From a virus: a DNA stretch of 64,000 nt. The stretch spans positions 96,001 to 160,000 of the IMG/VR virus record IMGVR_UViG_3300032246_002821. One strand, given 5' to 3'. The translations under genes and the position numbers were made by a program. Position 1 is the first letter of the stretch, and every line of letters starts with the position of its first letter. The notes beneath the pieces were generated by a model. The model did not search any database. It was given only the letters and a program-made list of their open reading frames with translations, and was not told the origin of the DNA. Below are positions 38,013 through 45,964 of the stretch, piece after piece.

Positions 38013-39167
38013 ATGAAACTTTCAATGATAGGATTGGGTAAACTAGGTTTGCCCTGCGCCACCGAAATGGCTCGAAAACATCAGGTTCGTGGTTATGATG
38101 TCAGCTTCATACCCACCGTATTTCCCCAGGCAGCAAGCATAGCGGATTGCATCAAGGACAGTGAATTCATATTCATTGCTGTGCCCACACCGCACGAAAC
38201 AGGTTACGGGGGCGAGACACCCACCAGCCATCTGCCTGTGAAAGATTTCGATTATACACTGGTCAAGCAAGTGCTGACAGAGATCGCCCAGCACAAGACA
38301 CCAGACCAACAGGTGGTATTGATCAGCACTGTATTGCCAGGCACCACCAGGCGCGAGCTGGCTCCTATTATTCCCGACATCATCTATAATCCCTATCTGA
38401 TAGCAGTGGGCACAGTGGCGGCAGACTTCGTGGATCCGGAAATGGTGATAATAGGTTCTGATGCCAATCCCAATGTGCCCAGATTGATAGAACTATACAA
38501 GAGTGTGCTGGTACCAGAAGCCAGATACGAAACAGGCACCTGGGAAGATGCCGAGGCCATAAAGATTTTTTACAACACATTCGCCAGCATGAAACTGGGG
38601 TTTGCCAATATGATTATGGATGTGGCCCTGGGTATTGGGCATATGGATCTGGCTAACATTACCAATGCACTGAGCAACAGCACCAAGCGCATAATGAGCA
38701 GCAAATATATGACGCCGGGCCTGGGCGATGGGGGTGCTTGCCATCCCCGAGATAATATCGCTCTGAGATGGTTGAGCGATAGGCTGGATCTGGGTTATGA
38801 TATGTTCGGAGAGATAATGCGTACTCGTGAAGTGCAGGCACGTAGATTGGCCGAACGCCTGTGCAGCTACGAATTACCTGTGGTGATACTGGGCAAAAGC
38901 TATAAAGAGAATGTGCATAACACAGATGGCAGTTACGGTCTGCTGGTGGGTCATTATGTGGAAAAACTGGCTGGCAATGTGAATTACGTGGATCCGCTCA
39001 ACAATACCGATTACGTGGCCAAGACAGCCAGCACGTTCTTGATCAGTTACCATCATGATTGGATATCAGATTATGCAGATTATCCCGCAGGCAGCATCAT
39101 AGTGGATCCCTGGCGTAGGAATCTGCAGATACCAGGATGCCGGGTGGTCAACCTTGGACAAGTTTGA
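38013..39167 (+). CDS. UDP-glucose/GDP-mannose 6-dehydrogenase family protein
   Basis: IGLGKLG Rossmann motif, IAVPTP, STVLPGT, YNP, AEAIKIFYNT, GDGGACHPRD, LGKSYK. Confidence 0.92.
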   Translation: MKLSMIGLGKLGLPCATEMARKHQVRGYDVSFIPTVFPQAASIADCIKDSEFIFIAVPTPHETGYGGETPTSHLPVKDFDYTLVKQVLTEIAQHKTPDQQVVLISTVLPGTTRRELAPIIPDIIYNPYLIAVGTVAADFVDPEMVIIGSDANPNVPRLIELYKSVLVPEARYETGTWEDAEAIKIFYNTFASMKLGFANMIMDVALGIGHMDLANITNALSNSTKRIMSSKYMTPGLGDGGACHPRDNIALRWLSDRLDLGYDMFGEIMRTREVQARRLAERLCSYELPVVILGKSYKENVHNTDGSYGLLVGHYVEKLAGNVNYVDPLNNTDYVAKTASTFLISYHHDWISDYADYPAGSIIVDPWRRNLQIPGCRVVNLGQV

Positions 39168-40254
39168 ATACCTGTGGGGTCAACACGAGAAAAATCTCGC
39201 AGATGTCCTGGAAGTATGGGCACGAACATTTCCTCCTGATAGCTTGGTAGCGGATCTGGTACAAAATGATGGCAGCGATGGATTCAATGATATCGCAGAT
39301 CTCATAGCATCCAGACTAGCACCAGGACAGACAGTGATACTGACCCATACCTGGGAGGCTGCTGAAAATTATTTGCTGGGCATAGCAGCGCGGTTATATC
39401 ACAAAGGCATAGGCAGGGATCGCATCGTGGTGATCTGCTGCGGTTATCCCAAAAAATTATATCAGCAAACCATAATAGAATACGCCAGATTATACCATCT
39501 GCCTTACTTCCTGGTACGCACCTATAACAACAACAGTTGCCTGACACCTGGCGCCAAAAAACCAGGTTTCATCTGCCTCAACCGCAGGCCCAAATTCCCA
39601 CGCAGTTATCTCATCAGCTGCTTGCTGGATCTGGGACTGGCGGATCATTGCAGCTGGGCTGGCAAAGACATCTACTTCAATGTGGGACCGGTGAGCGATT
39701 ATACCAAACAAAAGATAGACAGCGTGATGAACCTGGATCATGCACGGTCTCAATTGGACGATGGTCGATTTACCAGGTATCTCAACAACTGGCAGTGGTT
39801 CTCGTCGGCACACCACATCTCCAGCGACATCTATCCCAATGTGAATGACCACAGCACCAACAGCCCAGTGTACAACCATCTGATAAATGTCATCAGCGAA
39901 ACCTATTGCGACGATAGCAACGAAGACGGCGTGGATGCCGATGGTTTTCATAGTATATTCCTCACGGAAAAGACCTACAAGAGCATCTATGCCAAGCAGA
40001 TATTCCTGATCCAAAACAGTTGCCATACTCTTGATTATCTTAGAATGATGGGATTCAAGACATTTGAAATGCTGGATCAAAGTTATGACCGTATTCCAGA
40101 TGTCATCACACGCACGGAGAAATTAATAGATGTGCTACAGGATTGTCTGCAAAATGCAGATTTGAATATAATGACCTGCACAATACGAAATCACAATCAC
40201 AACCATATGATATCACTGGTGGAATCAGGCACATATTTGCTTGACTTAAATTAA
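39154..40254 (+). CDS. Glycosyltransferase-like protein (SEK/TEK family, copy 4)
   Basis: FICLNRRPK...INVISET...FLTEKTYKSI...GFKTF...DQSYD. Confidence 0.55.
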   Translation: MDKFEYLWGQHEKNLADVLEVWARTFPPDSLVADLVQNDGSDGFNDIADLIASRLAPGQTVILTHTWEAAENYLLGIAARLYHKGIGRDRIVVICCGYPKKLYQQTIIEYARLYHLPYFLVRTYNNNSCLTPGAKKPGFICLNRRPKFPRSYLISCLLDLGLADHCSWAGKDIYFNVGPVSDYTKQKIDSVMNLDHARSQLDDGRFTRYLNNWQWFSSAHHISSDIYPNVNDHSTNSPVYNHLINVISETYCDDSNEDGVDADGFHSIFLTEKTYKSIYAKQIFLIQNSCHTLDYLRMMGFKTFEMLDQSYDRIPDVITRTEKLIDVLQDCLQNADLNIMTCTIRNHNHNHMISLVESGTYLLDLN

Positions 40255-40268
40255 GATGATGCTATAAT
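40241..40268 (+). promoter_or_regulatory. Sigma70-type promoter TTGACT-N16-TATAAT
   Basis: Overlaps the end of the upstream CDS, directly before the ATG at 40275. Confidence 0.7.
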
Positions 40269-40274
40269 CGCCAT

Positions 40275-41132
40275 ATGAAGATTCAAATTGTCAGTGACTT
40301 ACATCTGGAACACCGCAATGACCTACCCGTGCTGCACAATGCTGGGGCTGATGTGCTGATATTGGCTGGCGACATCTGCCAGGCAGAAGATCTGTATCGT
40401 AATCCCCGTGATAAATTCACAGTGGATGGTCAAGTTGCCGATCTGTCACAGGTGATGACCGGTGATTGGCGTGGCTGGGATGCCAGACGTTTCCGTGAGT
40501 TCTTCCAGCATTGCAGCGATAACTGGCCACACGTGCTGTATGTGTCAGGTAACCACGAACATTATGATGGTCGTTGGGAGCGCACATCAGATATCCTACG
40601 CACAGAGATGGCACATTACCACAATATCCATTTTATGGATCAGGACAGCATTACCATAGATGGTATCAGGTTCCTGGGTGTGCCATTGTGGACCAGTTTC
40701 AAAGATGCAGATCCCAATGTGATGTGGGCTGTGAAAAGCTACATGAGCGACTACCGCTGGATCAAACACTTCAATGCAGGTCAGTGGGGCAGGTTGCGTC
40801 CCCAGGATACCTTGGCCAAACATCAGAGCGATGTCAGTTGGCTGACAGATCAACTTGCAATGGATCACACGCCCACGGTCATCATAGGGCATCACGCACC
40901 CAGCTATCAGAGCATCCACGAGATGTATCGCAACCAGGCGGATATGAACTATGCTTTTTGCAGCAGCCTGGATCATATGATGGTCACAAATTATCATATC
41001 CGACTATGGGTCCACGGTCACGTCCACAACTGTTTCGATTATTCAATCAATCAGGCACGTGTGGTGTGCAATCCCCTGGGTTACCCATCAGAGACCACAG
41101 GATTTGATCCTGCATTGGTTGTGGAAGTTTAG
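40275..41132 (+). CDS. Calcineurin-like metallophosphoesterase
   Basis: SDLHLE, LAGDI, SGNHE, GHHAP, HGHVH. Confidence 0.92.
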   Translation: MKIQIVSDLHLEHRNDLPVLHNAGADVLILAGDICQAEDLYRNPRDKFTVDGQVADLSQVMTGDWRGWDARRFREFFQHCSDNWPHVLYVSGNHEHYDGRWERTSDILRTEMAHYHNIHFMDQDSITIDGIRFLGVPLWTSFKDADPNVMWAVKSYMSDYRWIKHFNAGQWGRLRPQDTLAKHQSDVSWLTDQLAMDHTPTVIIGHHAPSYQSIHEMYRNQADMNYAFCSSLDHMMVTNYHIRLWVHGHVHNCFDYSINQARVVCNPLGYPSETTGFDPALVVEV

Positions 41133-41236
41133 TTACAATACCAAGTGCCAGCAATATAGGTAGCAGCATCTTCGGCATTGTTGACCGCATCTATCACATC
41201 TAATATGCTACGTATAAGTTCTGCTGCTCTCATCAT
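41129..41236 (-). CDS. 35-aa peptide with CTS-like start, possibly a truncated gene
   Basis: MMRAAELIRSILDVIDAVNNAEDAATYIAGTWYCN; GAGGA upstream, directly after 41243-41536. Confidence 0.45.
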   Translation of the reverse strand: MMRAAELIRSILDVIDAVNNAEDAATYIAGTWYCN

Positions 41237-41242
41237 GATTCC

Positions 41243-41536
41243 TCAGCTACTCTGCACCACAGCGATAGTGCTGGCAGCTACATAACCCACATTGGCCACA
41301 ACCACTTCAGCAGTGCCGGCGGTAGTGATGAATGCGATCTTGTTGCCCAGTCCTTCCATATTGATGTCTCTGGTAGCACCAGCTGGAACCACCATACAGT
41401 TGCCTGTGAAGGCGGTGGGATTAGCACCTACAGCATAGTGTACGCTGACGTTGCTGGTCACTTTGACTTTGGTGGTCTGTACAGCAGCACTCTGGGTGCT
41501 TGTTCCACTAACCGTAAGAACTTGTGCGGTGGCCAT
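41243..41536 (-). CDS. Small beta-rich protein, probably virion-associated
   Basis: ATAAATA and AGAGGA upstream; T/V/A/S-rich sequence. Confidence 0.65.
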   Translation of the reverse strand: MATAQVLTVSGTSTQSAAVQTTKVKVTSNVSVHYAVGANPTAFTGNCMVVPAGATRDINMEGLGNKIAFITTAGTAEVVVANVGYVAASTIAVVQSS

Positions 41537-41573
41537 TTATGATATCCTCTTTAGTATATTTATGACAAAGCTG

Positions 41574-41601
41574 TTGACAAGTGAAATGTCTGTGTTATAG
41601 T
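41574..41601 (+). promoter_or_regulatory. Sigma70-type promoter TTGACA-N11-TGTGT-TATAGT
   Basis: Direct match, upstream of AGGAGG-TTG. Confidence 0.75.
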
Positions 41602-41633
41602 TAAAAATGTAACAGTCACAAGGAGGACGGACC

Positions 41634-42017
41634 TTGTTACCAGTACCCTATCACCCTGCACAAGTGCAGCGATATTTCCACGAATACCACAATTATGAGT
41701 ATTTTCCACAAGCCGAAGCCATCGAAGTTCGCGAGTACCGCAGGATCGATCCTGCTGACGTCAAAGCCCGTATCCTGGATTATCTGGGAGAGGTGCTGGC
41801 TCGTTGCTGGTGCAACAAGGACCTTATGGCACTGCTCAAGCAGAATCCCCACGAGTGTTTGCTTCAGTTGGGCATCATCCTGCCGGAAGAGCTGAACATC
41901 CTGGTGGAAGAACGCCGGAATAATCCCAATCGTCCCAGATTGGTTGTGTATGAAAAGCAGGGCAAGATGACCAAACGTGTGTGCCACCTGCAACTGATGA
42001 TGACCGCTGGCAGGTAG
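41634..42017 (+). CDS. Nitrile-hydratase-like leader peptide (NHLP) domain protein
   Basis: LARCWCNKDLMALLKQNPHECLLQLGIILPEELNILVEE fits AxAWxDxxFxxxLxxDPxxxLxxxGxxxPxxxxIxVxE. Confidence 0.6.
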   Translation: MLPVPYHPAQVQRYFHEYHNYEYFPQAEAIEVREYRRIDPADVKARILDYLGEVLARCWCNKDLMALLKQNPHECLLQLGIILPEELNILVEERRNNPNRPRLVVYEKQGKMTKRVCHLQLMMTAGR

Positions 42018-42052
42018 TTTCTGCATACCAGATGTCACAGGAAAAATGTCGA

Positions 42053-42086
42053 TTGTAATATGATTGTAACATTCGTAATCCATAAT
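42053..42086 (+). promoter_or_regulatory. Pho-box-like direct repeat TTGTAAT-ATGA-TTGTAAC plus -10 CATAAT
   Basis: 7-nt repeats at an 11-nt period, 10 nt upstream of a -10-like hexamer, ahead of olsB. Confidence 0.65.
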
Positions 42087-42111
42087 ACGGTAAGTAAACG
42101 AAGAGGTTTGA

Positions 42112-43020
42112 ATGATGCAACCCGTATTTCCAGATTTTAAATTCATGATAAATGCTTTAAATCGCGATCTGGAAAAGAGTATATTTGGTAAGATACCTTT
42201 CGTCATACCCAAGAGTTATACGGTGGTGCTGGGTCGCATAGGTGATCTGGAGATCCGGCTGGCACAGACTCGTAAAGAGATCAAGCAAGCACAGAAACTC
42301 AGGTATCGTATATTCTTCAAAGAGCAAGGTGCCATCGCCACATTAGAGGCGATGATGAAACAGAGAGACATAGATCCATATGATGCATATTGTGATCATC
42401 TACTGGTGGTGGATACGAAGTATCCTAGAAAGAAGATGCCAGGAGTTAAAGAACTTTATAAAGAACAAGTGGTAGGCACCTATCGCCTACTCAGACAAGA
42501 TGTAGCAGAAAAGTATTCGGGTTTCTACAGCCAAACAGAGTTTGATGTAGCGGCCTTGATCCAGCGACACCCAGGCAAGCGTTTCTTAGAGCTAGGGCGT
42601 AGCTGCGTTGATAGCGCATACCGCGACAAACGCACCATAGAACTATTGTGGCGTGGCATCTGGTGGTATGTGAACGAGTGTAAGATAGATGCCTTGTTCG
42701 GCTGTGCCAGTTTCGAAGGCACAGATGTTAAAAAATTGTCTGAACAACTGAGCTTGCTACAAGATGCTGCCAGTGCTGCACCTGAATGGCAAACCCAGGC
42801 ACATCGTTCGGATTATGACAACACAGATAGGGTGACAGATTATGATGCTAAAAAAGTGTTGCATCAGTTGCCCACACTGATAAAAGGTTATATGCGCTGT
42901 GGTGCCAGGTTCGGCACAGGCGCTGTGATAGATAGAGAATTCAATACCACCGATGTGCTAGTGGTATTGCCTGTCACAGACATCACACCCAGATATCGTG
43001 AACACTTTACCATGCAGTGA
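42112..43020 (+). CDS. olsB: Ornithine-acyl-ACP N-acyltransferase (OlsB-like GNAT)
   Basis: AQKLRYRIF, DPYDAYCDHLLV, VGTYRLL, FYSQTEFD, LELGRSCV..AYR, LLWRGI, LFGCASF, LIKGYMRCGA, IDREFNTTDVLVVL. Confidence 0.9.
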   Translation: MMQPVFPDFKFMINALNRDLEKSIFGKIPFVIPKSYTVVLGRIGDLEIRLAQTRKEIKQAQKLRYRIFFKEQGAIATLEAMMKQRDIDPYDAYCDHLLVVDTKYPRKKMPGVKELYKEQVVGTYRLLRQDVAEKYSGFYSQTEFDVAALIQRHPGKRFLELGRSCVDSAYRDKRTIELLWRGIWWYVNECKIDALFGCASFEGTDVKKLSEQLSLLQDAASAAPEWQTQAHRSDYDNTDRVTDYDAKKVLHQLPTLIKGYMRCGARFGTGAVIDREFNTTDVLVVLPVTDITPRYREHFTMQ

Positions 43021-43043
43021 AAAAATATTTTTAATATCAGTGA

Positions 43044-43061
43044 TTGTAACACGATTGTAAT
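43044..43061 (+). promoter_or_regulatory. Second Pho-box-like repeat TTGTAAC-ACGA-TTGTAAT
   Basis: Same heptamers and 11-nt period as 42053-42070. Confidence 0.6.
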
Positions 43062-43126
43062 ATTGCCGGTCTTAAATATTTGTGGTAGATGGTCTACCGC
43101 TTTTATTTTTTCCCAGGGGAAACAAA

Positions 43127-43441
43127 ATGAATCTTGATATGGTTGAACACGGTCTAGTGGTTAGTGTTAGTTTTGCGGAAGCAGACGATTTCGACAATGG
43201 TCCTGTTCTGGCAGCTATCAATGCTCTTGTAGAAGCATTGAAAGATTGTGCAGAAGTTAGTGTAAGCATCAGCAGCGAATATGTTGATGATAATGAAGAA
43301 GACTTAGTCCAGGAAGATGCAGATGATGAATTCGCTGATGATCAAGAAGATGATGAAGCAGATGAATCAGAACATGATGCAGAAGATGCATCAGAAGATA
43401 CAGATGCTGATGCAGAACACAAAGAAGATGACTTGCACTAA
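43127..43441 (+). CDS. Small highly acidic protein
   Basis: Likely start MNLDM after CAGGGGA; D/E-rich C-terminal half. Confidence 0.7.
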   Translation: MNLDMVEHGLVVSVSFAEADDFDNGPVLAAINALVEALKDCAEVSVSISSEYVDDNEEDLVQEDADDEFADDQEDDEADESEHDAEDASEDTDADAEHKEDDLH

Positions 43442-43467
43442 CAGCGTGATTTGAACTCGACAAATCC

Positions 43468-43497
43468 AGAGCAGTATGTTATACTGCTCTTTTTTTT
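43468..43497 (+). terminator. Intrinsic terminator
   Basis: AGAGCAGTAT-GTT-ATACTGCTCT followed by a T run. Confidence 0.85.
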
Positions 43498-43511
43498 GGT
43501 AAATAGCAGAC

Positions 43512-44285
43512 ATGAAACAATACAAAAGCATATTCATCAGCGACGTACACCTGGGCACCAAAGGCAGCAAAGCCGAACTATTACTGGCATTCCTACGAGA
43601 AGTAGAATGTGAAAACCTGTTCCTGGTGGGAGACATCCTGGACGGTTGGAGGATGAAGAAAAACTGGTACTGGAACGAACACCACAGCACAGTGGTGCAG
43701 AAGATACTCAGGATGGCTCGTAAAGGCACAAAAGTTTATTATATCCCTGGCAATCACGACGATTTTATGCGTGAATTCTTGGAATATAATTTCGGTAGCA
43801 TAGAGCTGCACAACGAAATGATTTATACAGGCGTCAATGGCAATCAATACATTGTGATACATGGTGACAAGTTCGATATCGTGACACTGAATGCCAAATG
43901 GCTAGCACACATCGGGGACTGGGCCTATACAGCTCTATTGGATCTCAACACAACATTGCATTGGGTAATGCACAAGCTAAAGTTGCCCTATTGGAGCCTG
44001 AGCAAATGGGCCAAGAACCAGGTCAAGCAGGCTGTCAGCTTTGTAGGAGATTATGAAACCAGTCTGGTGAATTATGCCAGGTTGAAAAAAGCAGACGGCA
44101 TCATATGTGGACACATCCACAGTGCCCGGATAGGAATGATTAACGATATAGAATACATGAACTCAGGCGACTGGGTGGAGAGTTGCACGGCCCTGGTTGA
44201 ACATACCGATGGTCTCTGGGAGATAATTACTTGGACAACAGACACTGATGTGGTTATTGATACTACTGGCAGTCAAGATAGGTGA
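43512..44285 (+). CDS. plcP: LpxH-family metallophosphoesterase, PlcP-type phospholipase C
   Basis: SDVHLG, LFLVGDILDGW, W...HSTVVQKIL, YIPGNHD, IHGDKFD, CGHIH, NSGDWVESCTAL; lies upstream of a GT4 gene as in plcP-agt operons. Confidence 0.75.
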   Translation: MKQYKSIFISDVHLGTKGSKAELLLAFLREVECENLFLVGDILDGWRMKKNWYWNEHHSTVVQKILRMARKGTKVYYIPGNHDDFMREFLEYNFGSIELHNEMIYTGVNGNQYIVIHGDKFDIVTLNAKWLAHIGDWAYTALLDLNTTLHWVMHKLKLPYWSLSKWAKNQVKQAVSFVGDYETSLVNYARLKKADGIICGHIHSARIGMINDIEYMNSGDWVESCTALVEHTDGLWEIITWTTDTDVVIDTTGSQDR

Positions 44286-44481
44286 TCCTGCAGATGTTCC
44301 TGGTCGTGTGACCCTGGAATTTCCCACAGAGCAAGCCTGTCAGGCCAGTTTGAAAACAATGACCTATTGGTTGAAATTCGATAGTTTCAAAGTCACAGGA
44401 GCCTGCAAAAGAAATGAAAATAACACTGGTAACAGACACCTGGAAACCCAGCATAAATGGGGTAGTGACAACACTAACTAA
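44248..44481 (+). CDS. Small hypothetical protein
   Basis: Bridges plcP and the GT4 gene with overlaps. Confidence 0.45.
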   Translation: MWLLILLAVKIGDPADVPGRVTLEFPTEQACQASLKTMTYWLKFDSFKVTGACKRNENNTGNRHLETQHKWGSDNTN

Positions 44482-45424
44482 CACCGTACAGCATCTCATA
44501 CAGCAGGGTCATGATGTACAGATCATAGAGCCTGGCCAGTTTCACACTGTAGGTGCACCTGGATATGCGGAAGTCAGACTCAGCTGGAACCTGTGGCAAG
44601 TGGGCCGGATGATCGAACAGTTCGATCCTGATGCCATACACATCGCCACAGAAGGTCCACTGGGATTAGCAGCCAGATGGTACTGCAAGGTGGAAAAGCG
44701 TAGCATACCACACAACACCAGCTATCACACCAAGTTTCCTGAATATCTCTATCAGCATTATCACATACCGGAAAGCTGGACCTATCGCTGTATGCGGGTG
44801 TTCCACAAGTTCAGCACCCGTGTGCTGGTGACCAATCAGGATATGATGACCGATCTCGGTGAACGTGGTTTTGAAAATCTCAGCATCTGGAATCGTGGTG
44901 TGGATCGTGAGCTATATCATCCTGATCGTCGTCGTAGGCTCAGCTATCGCAGGCCCATAATACTGTGTGTTAGCCGTGTCAGTAAAGAAAAAGGACTGGA
45001 CGACTTCTGCAGTCTACGTGTCAAAGGCACCAAAGTACTTGTGGGAGATGGACCTATACTTCCGGAATTGAAAAGACGTTATCCAGATGTGGTATTCGCA
45101 GGTGCCAAGACAGGTACTGCACTGGCTGAATACTATGCTGCCGCGGATGTATTCGTGTTTCCCAGCCAGACCGATACTTTCGGTGTGGTGATGTTGGAAA
45201 GTATAGCGTCAGGTACACCTGTGGCTGCTTACCCTGTGACAGGTCCCCGAGACGTGGTGATAAATGACGTCAACGGTTACATGGATTCAGACTTGACTGT
45301 TGCTGTGGAACGTGCTATGTTATGTGATAGAGTGGCGGTCAGGAACAGCAGCGAGCAATACGACTGGGCAGCTTGCACCGAAACTTTTGTAAAAAATCTG
45401 AAAATAATCGAAAAAAATAGTTGA
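44414..45424 (+). CDS. GT4 glycosyltransferase, Agt-like diacylglycerol glycosyltransferase
   Basis: LVTDTWKPSINGVVTTL, IHIATEGPLG, SYHTKFPEY, RGVD, VSRVSKEK, VFPSQTDTFGVVMLESIASGTPVAAYPVTGP. Confidence 0.85.
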   Translation: MKITLVTDTWKPSINGVVTTLTNTVQHLIQQGHDVQIIEPGQFHTVGAPGYAEVRLSWNLWQVGRMIEQFDPDAIHIATEGPLGLAARWYCKVEKRSIPHNTSYHTKFPEYLYQHYHIPESWTYRCMRVFHKFSTRVLVTNQDMMTDLGERGFENLSIWNRGVDRELYHPDRRRRLSYRRPIILCVSRVSKEKGLDDFCSLRVKGTKVLVGDGPILPELKRRYPDVVFAGAKTGTALAEYYAAADVFVFPSQTDTFGVVMLESIASGTPVAAYPVTGPRDVVINDVNGYMDSDLTVAVERAMLCDRVAVRNSSEQYDWAACTETFVKNLKIIEKNS

Positions 45425-45450
45425 CATCGTCTGACGATAGTGTATAAATA
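45421..45450 (+). promoter_or_regulatory. Composite promoter: TTGACA-N16-TATAAA overlapping a T4 late TATAAATA (45443-45450)
   Basis: Direct sequence match; heads the tRNA region. Confidence 0.7.
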
Positions 45451-45479
45451 GATAGTAAGTTAAACAAACGGAAAAGAAT

Positions 45480-45557
45480 ATGTTTATGTCGCAAGAACCA
45501 AAATCACCCATTTGTAACTGGTATGGTCGTCATACCTGTGGGGTCCTTGTGGCGTGA
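45480..45557 (+). CDS. Putative attenuator leader peptide MFMSQEPKSPICNWYGRHTCGVLVA
   Basis: 25-codon uORF between the promoter and terminator; its 3' end overlaps the antiterminator strand. Confidence 0.6.
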   Translation: MFMSQEPKSPICNWYGRHTCGVLVA

Positions 45558-45612
45558 TGTGATCACACATCAATAGTTTACAAGAACCCCGGTGTCAAAC
45601 CCGGGGTTTTTT
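45540..45612 (+). terminator. Alternative terminator/antiterminator pair
   Basis: Terminator AACCCCGG (45585-92) / CCGGGGTT (45601-08) plus T run; GGGGTCCTTGT (45540-50) pairs 10 of 11 with ACAAGAACCCC (45580-90). Confidence 0.8.
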
Positions 45613-45614
45613 GT

Positions 45615-45745
45615 TGGCAGGCAGTTGCTCCCTAAACATAAGAGCAACCTCCGACTGGTACTTGAGCCGAATGGCTGAATAGGTGGTTTCCAGCGGAGCA
45701 GGAGAGATTGTCTCTCCACAGATACATTTGTGTGTATCTGTAAAG
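45615..45745 (+). ncRNA. Multi-hairpin structured segment
   Basis: Stems GTTGCTC/GAGCAAC, AGCC/GGCT, GGAGAGA/TCTCTCC, CAGATACA/TGTATCTG. Confidence 0.4.
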
Positions 45746-45755
45746 TGACAATCAA

Positions 45756-45832
45756 CCGCCCTTAGATAACGCTGGCTATATCACTACCCTTTCAAGGTAG
45801 AGTAACGGGATCGACACCCGTAGGGCGGACCA
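45756..45832 (+). tRNA. tRNA-Glu(TTC)
   Basis: CCGCCCT/AGGGCGG acceptor, CTACC-CTTTCAA-GGTAG, encoded CCA. Confidence 0.88.
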
Positions 45833-45838
45833 GTTAAA

Positions 45839-45913
45839 GGACCAGTAGTTCAGAGGGAGAACAACCGACTCTTAATCGGTGTGTCGCAGGTTCGATCCCT
45901 GCCTGGTCTGCCA
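45839..45913 (+). tRNA. tRNA-Lys(CTT)
   Basis: ACCGA-CTCTTAA-TCGGT, TTCGA T-loop, CCA. Confidence 0.93.
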
Positions 45914-45964
45914 ATATTGACTTTATCAGTGACATTGTATAAAATCAAAGAAAAGGACAATGTT

